The notes beneath the pieces were generated by a model. The model was not told the DNA's origin and did not search any database. It saw only the letters and a list, made by a program, of their open reading frames with translations. A DNA stretch of 64,000 bases from Takakia lepidozioides (lineage: Eukaryota > Plantae > Bryophyta): positions 47,864,001 through 47,928,000 of the forward strand of contig CM060731.1 of assembly GCA_030704615.1 (NCBI GenBank), read 5' to 3'. This document shows, in pieces, positions 49,501 to 63,129 of this stretch. Position 1 is the first letter of the stretch. Each line of letters starts with the position of its first letter. The translations under genes and the position numbers were made by a program.

Positions 49501-52500
49501 GTGGGTTAAGGGCAGGATTGAAGATGGTTTTGTGGGCATTTTGGGGTGGTAATGTAGTAGTTGGTTGAGGGAGGAGACAAATTTTTGTGGTTGTCGGTAG
49601 CTTTTTGTTTGGTGATGTTGTACGCGGATTTCTTGGCCTCTCTCCCAACTTTAGAGAGAGCAGCTATCCAGTTAGGACTATTGTGGGGATTGTTAGGTGG
49701 TGGGGTGAGTGATTGACATGTTTTGAGGGAGTTTAAGTAGGTGATGCGGGGATCCGTTCTCCAGTTGTTTCCTGGGTGTATAGTGGTAGTGATAGGTATG
49801 ATAGTGAGGGCACGTCTGATCATATGGTATGTGTTGAGATGTGATGTCCATGTGTATTTTTGCGTGCGAGTGAGGTAACCTCCATTTTGTTTTGAGCGTG
49901 GAGTTTGTGGGATCTCAGGAGGGGCAGAGCACGTGGCAGTGACATTTTTTGTCATATCTTACATCAAAGTTGTGAGTATGACCTCAGATTCTAACCAAGT
50001 ATTTTCCGGGGCGTGTACTAGGTTGGTTTTTGTGAGTACTTTTGAGAGTTTCAATGTGAAGTGTGAGGACATCGGATGAAAATGTTTTAGGAAGGCGGCT
50101 ATATTGCGTTGGGGGAGTGGGGACAGGATTCTGGCTTGAGGTGGGAGGCATGTACGGCCGGGATAGGCCGGAAAGGAATGAGGGATGACGGGAAAGTTAC
50201 CGAGACAGGGTAGTGATCTGAGTTGCATAAGCTGTCGATATGGACATGGCTATTGAGATAAGTAAGAATTTCATTTTGTGTTTTGAGGTAGTAACCGTCT
50301 AAGAGACTTAAGGATGAGTAGTTGAATCCGCCTTGTCTAAAGTAGTGGTGGTCTGCAGGTATGTATTGGAGGTGATGTGATTGGGTAAATTTTGCCCATT
50401 CATGGTCTAATGGTGATGGAGGTTTGTGCGTGCCATTGTATGTATGACCCATGAGCAGCGATGTCCCTATTAAAATCGCCTACTAATATGAAGTGTTGTG
50501 GATGGGTCAAGTTTTGGGTAAGTGTGTTGGAGATGGTGAGTAAGATTTATGGGATTAGGGGGAGATCCTCCACGTGTGAAGGCATGTATAAGTGTATGAG
50601 TGTAATGGGTAGGAGCGTAGGGAGTAGCAGCTTGATGATTTGGAGATGTGATCGGAGAGGGGGAGAGACCGGGATTTTGATCGTGGTGCTAGGAGAGTGG
50701 TGTGTGTGGAGGATACTGAAAGCAACTCCACCTCGAGTGGGATGATATGGTACAGAGCGTCTGGCATGACATTGCTCTGCCGTGTACGCGTTGCCATACA
50801 ATATCTAGTACGTTGGGAGGAGTTTGCTTATATAAGAGCCATTAGGTCTGTGTGTGTTGAGTTTAGTTTCTTGTAAGATAATGATATGTGGTGAGGTAGA
50901 GTCTGTGAGATGTAATAGGCTTTGAATACTGGTGGCAAGCGCACCTACATTCCAAGTTGTGATGTGAAGTGTATGGGCACATTGGAAAGGGACAGTAGGT
51001 GGGGTGCTGGGGAGTTGGGGGGAAGCTGATAGCGTGGTTTGGGTGGGACTATTTGTGTGTGCTGGTGGTGGGGTCGTTGATGTTGTCACGGGTCTGGGTT
51101 GATATCCGGGAATACTTACTTTGGCTTGAAGGGTTGCAGTGAGGATGTTTTGTGATAGGAATAGTAACGTGTTGGCGATATTGTCGAGTTCTTGTGTATT
51201 TGTAGATGCGTGTGCTAAGTGTTCGCCTAATATTTGATGTGCTTTGCCGGGCTTGGTTTGTAGTAGATGTAGGGATTCGTGAAGGTTATGCAGGAAATGT
51301 GGGGGTGCTAGGTAGTTGTGGGGGTGTGTGAGTAAGTTGTGTAGTTTCTGTAGAAGTGAACGTATGTGTGTCTGGATGGGTCGCGAGATAGTCGTTGCAT
51401 ATTGATAGGATTGGGGAGATGATGATAATTAGTGAAAAGAGAAGATGTTGTTTGGGGTATGGGTGGAGTTTATGAGTGACATGAATTAGTGATAAGTTTT
51501 GGCAGGCGGGGAGTCCGAAAGTGGCTATTGGCTGTGTAGGTGGGCGTATATTGGTGGAAGAGCTACGGAGAAAGGGGGAGAAGTGGTCGCATAGATGCTG
51601 GTATGCGGGAACTAAAGAGAGAGTGTCTTTTTGGAAATATGGTTCATAACTTTCTTTATGGTCTATTGGGAGGTTGTTTATAATGCTGGTAATGGTAAGG
51701 GGTCCCGGGTTGGGATGGATGTCCCCGCAGCGTAGAAGCATAAGTTGTGTGCATGCTAGTCGATAGGCCTTGTAGTGGGACGGTGGGTGGTGGTAGGAGT
51801 GTTTGGATGCAGATGGTTGGCAGTGGTATCTGCCGTGTGGGCAGTGGGTTAGGAGGTGGCTTTTGAGTGGTCGGTGGATAGGGAAATTTGGGGGGTGGGT
51901 AGTGTATGAGAATATGTGGGGGATGATTTTTGCAGTATCGCACCTGGTATGGGTGGAGCTGGTTGCTGTTGCGGAGGGATTAATTGCGCTTAGATTAGTG
52001 AGGGAGCATGCCGGGCGGTCATGGTATGGGGTAAGGGTGGACTTCGGGTAGGTGGTGGGTTTGGGACTTAGATGGGAAAAGAAGAGGTAGGTGGGCGGGT
52101 CATGTAGATGGATGTAGTTGGATAAATGTACGGATGGGATTTCTTTTTGCTGTATGAGGTGGCGGTGTGTGGCGTTAGGGATGATGGTGCAGGGATTTAG
52201 GTGAAGGGGGGGCATGTAATATGATACAGATTAAAAAACGAGATGTGCGTATTCTTTATAAGAGTGCTGGGGGTTGGGAGGACAACATGAAAGGAGTACC
52301 ATGTGTGGAGCGTTGTGGTGAGGGGTGTCGCAGTTCTAATGGGGGAGGGGATTGGTGAAACTTGAGCAGCAGTTGGATAGGTGGTAGTATGTGGGCTGAG
52401 TGGGTTGGGAATCAAAGGTGTATAGTGAATCCTTGGGACATCAGGAATGGGAGAGAATGACAGTTCGCTGCATGGGGATCTGGGGTTGAATGTGCGTGTA

Positions 52501-52630
52501 GTGGTACTTTTTGGGCACAAGTGTTCTGATATAAGGATTGTGCATTGTGCTGAATAGAGGATGAATGATAAACATCTAGGAAACGAAGGGCGAGGAGAGG
52601 ATGGATGATAATCGATTTTTCCAAACCTTT
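43519..52630 (-). mobile_element. Decayed Dualen/RandI-like LINE (APE + RT + chromodomain + RNase H + RLE)
   Basis: Motifs in order: GDIHPNPGP; APE (ITTWNVG, IIILQETK, SDHYPV); RT (YRPIAL, QEGF, IDFKNAF, YADD); chromodomain; RNase H (YTDGS, RAELMAI, FTDS, KVRSHTGIQGNAEAD); CPLC..H...C knuckle; RLE (RHN, PDIL, IEFT, KY). (CT)n tail at ~43519-43530. Many frameshifts; 5' boundary approximate. Confidence 0.85.
45030..45745. mobile_element. AT-rich insertion splitting the LINE RNase H domain
   Basis: Composition shifts abruptly; RNase H motifs YTDGS (~45815) and RAELMAI (~44975) are separated by ~0.7 kb of non-coding AT-rich DNA. Termini not resolved. Confidence 0.55.
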
Positions 52631-53843
52631 ATGGAGAGCACATCATGTAGCAAATAATCCACCTCCCCACCATGGGCATGATAGGAGAGGTGACTAGTAA
52701 ACACCCTTTCTGTTCATCAGCATTACTGTAGCTGCAATGTGCTCTTCCCTGACAATGGCTGCCATGTAAAACAGCTGCGCAGCTTTCTCCTGAACGTCCC
52801 AATGTAGCGCACATTAGTGTGGTCCAAGTGGTAGCTTAGAAGCATCTTTCCAAACAGATACAAATTCACACATAAACACAAAGAGATGTTTATGAGAGAG
52901 AGCCTAGTAAACTGTGAACTCACTTCTTGAGAGGTAACAAAAAATAGAGCCACATCCAAGAAGAAAATGTACAAGAACAAACCACAAAAGAGGAGAAACA
53001 AAAAAGAATGTTCTCCCACAACATAGCTAGCCAGTCTAACAATACAAGACCAATCAACCACAACGTGTGTACCAGTGACCAATTGTGATGACTCCCCGCG
53101 GAAATCAGCAGTTTCTGCCGACATAGGAAGTCTTGGCCAAGACGTAGTATAAGCATTCAAATCAGACAGAACTTCACAACATTTTCATGTCCCATTAACC
53201 TTTTGTTAACACAAAATGGTGAGAAGGTGGAGAATGCACCTTATGTACCCCACATCAGTAAGTTGCAACAAGACCATGCTTTAATCTTGTTGTCTGCCAT
53301 ATGGACCTCTTTGATCTTGGCTATCTGCATGACATTGCCTCCTTACGGCCCTCAACATCCCAGTTTTTCCCTCGCTCCACAATTGCCTCCAAATATTGAA
53401 CAGAGGGTTAACTTTCTCTCCTTGTAAAAGGTCACCTTCTAAACCAAGGATGGCCTTTGGAACCCATGGGCACCTTTTCAAATACTTTCGAGCCTCATCA
53501 TACATCCATGCCTCACTGTATTTGTAACTATAGCAAGTAGATTTTCTGTCAGACTTCCCAAAGCACCGATCCACACCTCAATATCCGGTATGCACAGATG
53601 GTGATTAATCCATGTGTATCTGAGTCAAAAAAGCCGCATAGGTTGCACCGCAGCTGCAGTACAAATACATTGGAGTCCCACGCCATAAGAAGAGTTCACA
53701 GCTTGAGCCCCACTACATATAGCATGTTATAGAAATAACACTCTGCAAGTTGCCACCTCTTTCTTGCATACAAGCAATGCCCGATAATATTCACTGCTAT
53801 GAGGCAGTGCCTTCACCATGGACTTTCAGATTGCACCCTGCTC

Positions 53844-56800
53844 TTACAGAGCTCCACCTTGGTCTTCTGTAGAGTTCTCCTGGAGGACCTCATTGCAAAA
53901 CCTGCCGGAGATCTCTGCACCACAACTGTTCCAGCTTGACTCATACTCGCTCTGCATATCAATGCAAAGCTTCACCAGATCAGCATAACTTCCACCGGTC
54001 TCCTCATGGGCCTGCTGCAGGAGTTTGAGAGTGATGTCATTTGGAGCATAGTGATTAGCCACCATATCTTGGAAGAGCTTTCTCCCAGCATCTGCTCGAC
54101 CTGCTCGAATCAGGTTCCCAATCATTATGTTATACGTATATATGGTCGGCTCACAACCCTTTTCTTTCATTTGCTCGAAGAGCTTATGGGCTCCCTCTAC
54201 TTTCCCAATCCTCCCAAGGAGTCCAATAACTATATTGAAAGTAACTACATCAGGGTCACAACCATGGTCGATCATTTTCTCAAATGTTTTATAGGCCTCC
54301 TCCACTTGGCCTGCCTTCCCCAAATTGTCCAGAAGAATGTTATACGTCTCTGTCGTAGGAGGGCATCCCCTTTCCACCATTTCCTGCATTACCTGAAACA
54401 GTTATATCAAGGAATTTAGCATGAACCCCTCTTCTGTCTCTTCCTCCCTCCCTTTGCTCAAGCCAAAACAAGTTGAGTGGAATTCACACTTTAAACCACA
54501 CACTCACAGCTGTGCCATGGAACTACTAGTCCCCCAAAGACAGCCACAAGCTAACTTATTGTTTCTCTTCAATACATGATGGCTACTATGGCTATATGTC
54601 CAAATGAACAGGACGTTAGCTGCTAGTGCTTGTTTCCCTATCATTAAACTCAGCCATCACTGGGATTAGAGGTGGCCTCCACCTCTATCAACATTTACCA
54701 GCAACATAACTTTGCGGTTTACAAGCAATGAAGGTTACATATCTCTAGAGTGTATGAAGACCAAAGAGACCGTAACCAGAACCAAAATTCTTACCTGGTA
54801 AGCATCACCAAAATGGTCAGCCTTACACAAGAGATTTACAAGGTTCATGTATGTGTAGATGTCTGGATTGACACCCAGTTTTGTCATGGAACGGAGAACC
54901 TTGCAAGCAGCACTCAGATTGCCCTCCTTACCGAGGCCATTGATGAGGGCATTGCAAGCAACTAAATCAGGGGTAATGCCATTCAGTAACATTTCCTCGA
55001 AAAGCCCCTGAGCTTCCCCTACCATCACCACTCTGGAGAGAGCATGCACTAAGACATTGTAAGGTCCCGCTGTTGGGCAACACCCCTTCTCTTTCACCTC
55101 CCCAAAAAAGAGCAGAGCAGGCTTCCAGTGGCCGGACTTGCAAAGGCTCCCCATGACAGACTTCAACACATCAAAATCTGAGTATAGACTGTTGTATGAA
55201 GCTTTCTTGAACAAGGTATGTGCCACAGCTATCTTGTCTGCCTTAATTAGGCTTACAATGACTGTAGCATAGGTATAAAGATCTGGACAAAACCCCATAG
55301 CTAACATCTCCTGATAATAGCCATAAGCCAGGTCCACTTCACCAACCTGACCAAGACTGTTAATCAATCCATTGTAGGTGAAGTTATTGGGAGAGCAGTT
55401 GAGAGCTTTCATTTCCTGAAAGAGACAGCAAGCAGCTTTGACCTGACCAGCCTTGCCCAGTGAACGTATCAAACTTGAATATGTGACAACATTAGGCTCA
55501 CAACCCCTGCATCTCATTTCACAGAATAGATTGCATGCAGCATCCAATTGCCCGGTCTTCCCCCTGCTATCCACTAGCATACTGTAAGTCACCATGTCCG
55601 GAGCACAATGCGCTTTTCCCATCCTCTTAAATAACGACTCAGCCTTTTGGTGCTCGCCAGCCTTTATCAGCAGATCCATCGTGCAGTTGAAGGCCATAGT
55701 AGTGGGCCTGCATCCAAATTTCTCCATTGCTTTGAAGGCATTTAAGGCTTCGTCCATCTTATTTGCTCCCACATAGCTTTTGACAATTCCGAGAAACAGG
55801 AAGGTATTGATTTCCCGCTTCTCCTTCCTCATGTCTTCAAGCAACTTCCATATTTCCTCAAACTTTCCTGAGTCTCCTAAGAGCTTGATCATTTTTGTAT
55901 AGATAAAAAAGCCCTGTCTGCATTTTCTTTGGCGTCTAGCCCAGTTGAAAAACTTCAAGGCGCGGTCAATTGGCGCATGGTGTAGCCTCAAGATCTCACA
56001 AACGTGACACGAGTTGACCTCCAGATTTGTTTTCTTGAACAGCTTTATGGTTCGGGCACCCCAAGTCCTGTTTCCCCTAAGAATGTTGCTCAACGCCTCG
56101 ACTATACGATTTTGCTTTTGTATCCGTGCCCTCCTGAAAACCCTTAGCTGAATCTGTGATTCTTGACCCCTACTTGGACGAACCTTTGAATCCAGGCCTC
56201 TTGAAAGTTTTCCGGCTGGATTGGCATGCAAATGTAGGCCTCTACAACTATCTGCCGCTGGATACAACCAAGAATTTCTTGCTCCACCCAATCTCTTCAA
56301 CTCGTCGCCATAGCTTCCTGTGAAACCCTGTGCAAGTCCTCTAATCGTGGACACTCGACCATCAGCCAGCACTTGTGCGCCTCTACTTCTGGATAAGTCC
56401 AAGTCATATTGAAAACTGCAATTACGGACAAAGTACCACGATGCAAGGGGCTCATCACAGCAAGAAATTACTTGCTGAGTCTGCAAATGTGCATGCTCAT
56501 GCTCTTCTATTTTGTAAACATAACGACCTACATCACCAACTAACACATTGTTCCGTTCCTTCTCCAAGGGAACCAGGCCACACTTAGACTGGCCCACTAT
56601 GAGCAGTAATTGGAGCACAGAAAAACCCGTTGGAACAAGAGCCTCCCAGGGCCTAAGCCACCCTATGGTCCCGCTCTTGTCTGGGAAGATGGACCTGGTG
56701 TTTGAGAACCCATCTTTAAGCGAATTTCGCAATTGCTGGCTCCAGCTGCAAGATAAGCTTTCTACGCCCCGTCGCAAAAGAGGGATTACTACTTCCAAGA

Positions 56801-56852
56801 AACAAGTCCTCCGGGATGGCGGGAGCTCCAACAACGCCTTAAACACCAGCAT
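53844..56852 (-). CDS. P-class pentatricopeptide repeat protein, 2 exons, 868 aa
   Basis: Exon 56852-54795 (donor CAG|GTAAGA) and exon 54392-53844. ALKFFNWA motif followed by tandem 35-aa repeats (PNVVTYSSLIRSLGKAGQVKAA, PDVVTFNIVIGLLGRIGKVE). Confidence 0.92.
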
Positions 56853-58331
56853 AGTGTTTCCCAGGAAAACGATTCACAACACATGAGGAAAGAGAGGTCT
56901 GCAAACCCACCAAAAACCCCAGAGAAAGATGAGCTCCTATCAATGTGGAGAACTTACAAGAAAAGAGTAGCACTGTACCACTGCTGGTGAGTGAAGCTAT
57001 GGCAGCACAGAGCTGCACAGCTTGTGCAGTCCGTACTACTTCAAACCCACAAACGTCTTCAAATTAGCAGAAACTTCCAGGGACCCCTAACCCTCTTGCC
57101 CCCATTAAACCCTATTTTCATATGTAAGAACTTGTTGATGATTGTGGTGAGCACATTTCAGTTTTGTTATGGCACATACTTTGATTATGCTGGGAATGAG
57201 GAATGTGTGGTTATGCTTACATGAGCCTGCATGGCTCACGGACTCGTGTTCCATCTTGCAGAGTGTTTTGTGAAAGACTGTCTTTGCAGAAGTTTGAAGT
57301 TTCTTCAGCGAGAGTAGCTGGAGGAAGAAAGACCTGAAATGCAACATGCCAAACATTCTTTGCTCCAACTCACTAGTACCAAGGGCATGCACTCATCGGA
57401 GTGTGAAATGATTCAAGGAGACACAAATCTTGAGGAGGGCTGGTAGCCGGCCTTTAACTGGACTACCATTGCTCCCCTAGATTTTAAAAGGATGTAACAG
57501 AGCTAGTGAATCTCAAAGTATCCCAAATATCAAGTGGTAATAGTACCACTATTTCAACACGGTTTTAACACATTCTGCATAACCTTGAGCATCATGGAAG
57601 ACTGGATTGTAATGATCGCAATACGGTTCTCGACTCAGCAAGAATCAACAAACTCGTTAAATGGATCTGGTGTGGAGACAGTAACTTCTTCAGGAACTGC
57701 ATGAGCTGGTCTCACAGTAACCAAGATAAAGGGAGCTGTTGGGTTTGCCAGAGTCTTGATCCGCATTTACTCTCTCTTCGATGGAGCTCTCGCACAGTGA
57801 CAGCGGAATGAAATGTTAAGAGGCAGCCCATTTGTACCCTACTGTATGTGGTCTAATGACTCCTGTGTGCTTCCTAAAAGAAGAATCAGAGAAAGAAGAA
57901 TTTTAACTCCCAGCAATTTGTAGAAAAATAGATTGAAGGTCAAAAGAAGCACACACCTAAAATTCAGGATTCCAACCATGCTAACCAAAACATCATGAAA
58001 ATATGGAGACCTACACTGTAACAGACTGCACGAACCGGCAAGAATAACTTAACATGAGACTGACAGGCCTGAGATTGGACAACGGTCTCACAGACTCATC
58101 ACCAACACTGCTAACTCCCACTATATTGAAAGAAACAATAAGGATATCAAAGTGAAACAGCCATGGTAACTCCAAACAAGCTCCCCATATACTTCTAGTA
58201 GGTCTCATGAACTACCATTATTGAACCCCATCCTACCAACCCAATGTCTGAGCGCTTCTTCTACAACTGTAACAGTCTGTAGTGTGATGATCAGAATGGA
58301 CCCTCACTCTCTTTGCATTGAAGTAAGTGGT

Positions 58332-58619
58332 AAATTGTGGGACAAAGCTACCAGACAAGTCATTGGTTCTAGCTTGTATGACAACATTGCTTGTTCTTCC
58401 AGGAATACTACAGCTCATATGCATCTCAGTGACGATGTGGTGAGCAGCCCTCATACACTCCTAGCACAAAGCTCTCACTAGTAAAATGTGGGACAAAGCT
58501 AACAGACAAGTCACTGGTTCTAACTTGTATGACAACATTGCTTGTTCTTCCAGGAAAACTACAGCTCATATACATCTTAGTGTCGATGTAGTGAGCAGTC
58601 CTCATCCACTCCTAGCACA
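58332..58619 (-). repeat. Tandem duplication, 151-bp period x2 (possible H/ACA snoRNA pair)
   Basis: gtgggacaaagct at 58337 and 58488. The minus strand has hairpin-AGAACA-hairpin-ACA(NNN) organisation in both copies. Confidence 0.6.
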
Positions 58620-58933
58620 TCGCTTTCCCTAATGACACATGGCATTTCTCAATGTGTGGGATGAAAGAATTATCTGCCATTGATCCTTCTACTTACTCTC
58701 GCATTTTCTAGGGCAATGCAAGAAACTGCAGGCATGCCTACATTCTGGAATGAACCCTTGCCGCTTCATCCCAATCTACAACACTGCAGTTGCCAACTGT
58801 CTGGGCAATGCTGCACATGAGTAGCCAATGTCCCCAAAAGCAGTCGAATGGAGAGCACCACAAATATCCACCTGCTAGGAATAGTGGATAAGGATGCACA
58901 CCTAGAGCCAGCAAACATACACTATTGAGTGTC

Positions 58934-59488
58934 TCAAGGTGTTACCTTGGCCCCAGTAACATGCTGTGCAATCCACCCCAACCCCTCCCACAATCCTTCA
59001 CCCGTCAATGCACAACATGCCTGGATGTGCCAATCGTGCCTCTTTATGTTATGTAGTGACAAAGCATCGCTGATCTCTGCTGGAGTCATGGCATCTTTAA
59101 GGTCTTGCTTGTTGGCAAACACTAGCACCACTGCATGTTGCAACTCTTCATGTTGCAGCAATCTGAACAGCTCGTCCTTAATGACTGAAATTCGCATCCG
59201 GTCCGTGCTATCAACTACCATCACCACCGCATGTGTGCCTCGATAGTAGGTTGCCCAGGATGCTCGCAGCCGCTCCTGGCCCCCTAAATCCCACACCTCA
59301 AAGCGTATGTTTTTGTACACAAGCTCTTCAACATTGCTGCCAACAGTGGGCTGTGTGACAACCACCTCTCCCAGATGCAGCTTGTAAAGAGTTGTTGTCT
59401 TGCCCGCATTATCCAGTCCCACCACCACTATCTTGTATTCCTTTGCCGGAAACATGAAGAACCATAGCCGTGACAACAACACTCCCAT
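58934..59488 (-). CDS. ARFC1: ADP-ribosylation factor-like GTPase (ARFC1/ARL5 type)
   Basis: 184 aa; N-terminal [20 protein letters not shown] and CAL motifs; [24 protein letters not shown] signature of plant ARFC1. Confidence 0.93.
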   Translation of the reverse strand: MGVLLSRLWFFMFPAKEYKIVVVGLDNAGKTTTLYKLHLGEVVVTQPTVGSNVEELVYKNIRFEVWDLGGQERLRASWATYYRGTHAVVMVVDSTDRMRISVIKDELFRLLQHEELQHAVVLVFANKQDLKDAMTPAEISDALSLHNIKRHDWHIQACCALTGEGLWEGLGWIAQHVTGAKVTP

Positions 59489-60960
59489 CCTGTAACCCCG
59501 TGTGCACCTAACTATCGCTCTTCCGGCACCAAAACTGGGAACAATTCTGTTTCCAGGTCGTCTTACCTCCAGACCTCTCGTTTCAAACCATGAGGTTGAA
59601 AATTTTGATCCAACCGATGTGTAACACTATATGTAATCGTCCGCTCCAGAAGCTTTCGGCTATGAGCCTACTGTGATGTCCTGTTCCCTGATATTTGTCC
59701 TGGAATCAGTCAACGCAACCAACTTTTCGTTTCTCTGAACACTAAGAAGAGAAGGAATCCACGGAATCCCCTGAGGAACTAAAAAGCAACACATAATCTA
59801 CTTCAAAACATCGACTCCACGCACAGGATAAAAGAGGAAAACTCACGGTTGGAGCAAGGATGCATATAGATCACCATAGCCACAGCTGCAGCGCGTCGTC
59901 CAGCATGAATCATCCAAAGCTCGAGCAGGCTCCAGCAAACCCTAGGGACGAATTTCCATCATCACTCTCGCTCTCTCTCTCAAGCGTATATGGCCTCCTG
60001 ATCCAGTGTATGAATGTGATGTCCGTTCAATTGGATGATAGTCTATTGATTGCTTGAGCCAGTGTACGGTTGTTCCGAGGACCGGCAGTGGGTGGATGGA
60101 TGTAAACATGCTGGATGAACTGGTATGTGACTAAGTTCCGTTTTGGTTGTTTTTCGTTTTTTAAAGTTTCGTGAGCGGTCGCCGGCTAAAGTAAAGTGAC
60201 TGGCGCTTGAAGGATATTTGATCCGTTATTTTCAAATTAAATACTCGCAGTTCCTACCCTCCCGGGTTCGTTCCCTTTTTTTTAAATGAGGTTCTTTAAG
60301 TGGTCAAATATCCCAATCCATAACCTCTGCTTACTGTTGGTAGAGCAAAGAACCTCGCAACACTGATTTGGACTGTATTTGTATTCAAAGCTTTCTCGAA
60401 TAAGTCTACCCTCCATAATTGTTCCCTTCATATCTGTTAGGTTGTTTTTAGTGGCAAATTTCGCCACATTTCGACCTCGAAAAACAAAAGGAATATACTG
60501 TCGCAAATTCCCTGTTTTTCATGGATAAAATCGCCAAATTTCTCCAACTAGAAAATGAATTATGGATGAATTTGCCAAATATGGATGATATAAATGGATT
60601 GAAGTAGAGAGGTGGATGGATTTCGTGGATGAACAGAATGTACCGCTATTTTTTGCAAAACTATGTAGCCACTCGTGCTGTTTTCTAAATTTCTTAAGAA
60701 AAACACTGCTGTTAACCCTCTTTATTTTTATTTTTTTACTTTTGCAAAAAGAGCATTTAGTAGGTGTAATGTATTACCATATTTTTTCCACTCCCTCCTT
60801 TACTAAATGACCTTTCATAAGTGTTAATTTTTTTCAAATGCATATAATAAGGGGCCAGGTTTGAAGTGGGTGCGAAGATTAGAGGGTGGTCCGGGAATTA
60901 AAAAAATGGGGGTTATAGTATGTTACACCACCGGGAGTTGAATTAATAATTGCCATGTAA

Positions 60961-63050
60961 GAGCATCTCCACCCTATCCACTGAAAACTTAACTGTAAAG
61001 CTCCATATAGGGATTCCTATTCCGTGCGCTAAATATTATTTACGTCGTTCTCAATGCATCGACCCACCGCAGATGCGGAAAAGCCAACGCTATATGCCGT
61101 CAGGCTCGCTGACAACGACCCCAACAGAATAGCATGTGGTGGGAAGCTACGAGAGCACTTCAGGGAGAAGCTGCGAGAGCGCTTCAATCCCACAATTTTC
61201 TCACACATTCACTTTGTGTACACATACAATTGATGCTTGGAGGCGTGAACTGAATCAAAATATTCAAGCTGAGATTAGGAGGGAGCTAGAAGACGATGAT
61301 GAGGATTTCATCATGGGTGTTATTGATATTGCTAGTTGTGATCATTCTTCGCGCAGGCTTAAAGCTAGGCGTGGATCGAGACCAGGGAAAGTAGCTAATG
61401 TTGATAGAGAGAGGCACGCTGGACATGAGAGGATTTGGAGAGATTACTTCTCTGAATCACCTGTGTACGATGAGAGGACATCATGGATCTTTTCTTGAAG
61501 ATTATACACTCTGTTGTAGCCTGTGATCCTTATTTTAAGCAAAGGGTAGATGGGTGTGGATTGTTGGGTTTGTCGAGTATCCAGAAATGCACAGCGGCAT
61601 TAAGGATACTCGCTTATGGAGTAGCTGCCAATGTTGTTGATGAGTATTGCAGGTTGAGCGAATCCACTGCTATGGAGGCTATGAAGAGATTTGTGCATGC
61701 AGTTCGTGCCTGTTTTGAGGAAGAATTCCTTCGTCAACCAACTGCACAAGACAAACAGAGGCAAATGCGGATCAATACTGCTCGAGGGTTTCTCAGTATG
61801 TTTGCCTCTTTAAATTGTATGCATTATGTTTGGAAGAACTGCCCTATTTCTTGGCAGGGCCAGTATCAAGATAGAAATGGAAACCGCAGCATTGTGCTGG
61901 AGGCAATTGCCTCTCAGGATCTTTGGATCTGGCACGTCTTCTTTGGGCTGCCAGGCATAAACAATGACATTAACGTTCTGGATCGCTCTCCGTTGGTTGC
62001 AAATTTGCTCAAAGGAGATTCTGAGAATGTCACCTTCACTGTCAACGGCAATGTCTACAAGAGGTATTACCTCTTAGCAGATGGTATATATCCCTCTTGG
62101 TCCATTTTTGTGCAGACAATTTATGAGCCCACGGGAGGTCACTACATGATCATATCACGTGCGTACAAAGGTACATTTATACTAGGCTATATTTTTAAAA
62201 TTTTGCATTTTTTTCCACCCTATCTTTAGGTAATATTGTAAAACCCATTATTTTCTAACACCCTATTTTTATTTATAATTTTCTTTTGCAACAATTAATT
62301 AGATTCTATTTTAAATTGTCTTTTTTAGTAATTACAAAATTTCAAAGCATGTACACAAACAAGTATATTCCACATAACATAAGTCAAATGCCAGACCGAG
62401 GAAAAAGTTTAATTTTCATTAGCCACGAACTCATTCAAAGCCGCAGCATCACTTGGATCTAAAGAATACAAGTTTTGAGATGGTTCAAATGTCATAGTCA
62501 CTGTTGAGATTATGGTATCAACATCAATCCACTCTATATCACTGGAATCATATTTAAACTTCAGGTGAGCTCTACCTGATTTCATCATGATGGATTGGAG
62601 CTGGATAAAATATAGGAAATTTCACAAGGATGGATACATTATACTGTAGATAAAATCCTGTATTACATTAACTTTTTAAATAAAACTCTGGATTTTTTGT
62701 GACCTTTTAAAAAAAAAACCTGGATGAAATGATATTGCCTTACCGTAATTTTTTTTTAAATTTACCTCAAAAAAATAAATTGCACCCTATATTTGTTTTC
62801 ACGTGGTTTTGAAAATACGGGGAGTGACCCCCCCAAGCATAAGCCTCAAGACCAGAAGAGGGCGCATTTTGCGATGATGCAGGAGTCAGTGAGAAATGAC
62901 GTCGAGAGAGCTTTTGGTGTACTACAGAGCAGGTTTTCAATCATACAAAACCCTTCAAGACAGCGGGACATATACCCTATCAAATCTATCATGTTAGCAT
63001 GTGTCATACTTCATAATATGATAATAGATGATGATGCCACAATGTTTTGA
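60961..63050 (+). mobile_element. PIF/Harbinger fragment with decayed DDE transposase
   Basis: TAA|GAGCATCTCCACCCT terminus; motifs DYFSESPVY, QKCTAALRILAYG, CMHYVWKNCP, LWIWHVFFGLPGINNDINVL, YLLADGIYP, QESVRNDVERAFGVLQSRF, ACVILHNMI. Contains a frameshift and an insertion. Confidence 0.9.
62130..62837. mobile_element. Non-autonomous insertion (hAT-like) in the Harbinger transposase
   Basis: Imperfect TIR gggaggtcact / agtgacccccc; degenerate 8-bp duplication tatgagcc (62122-62129) / cataagcc (62838-62845). Removing it restores TIYEPQDQKRAHF. Confidence 0.65.
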
Positions 63051-63129
63051 TTGTACTCTATCAATAAAGTGTGTTACTTCATGTGCTTGACATGCATAAA
63101 GGATTCGGTTATAAATTATAGGATGCCAA

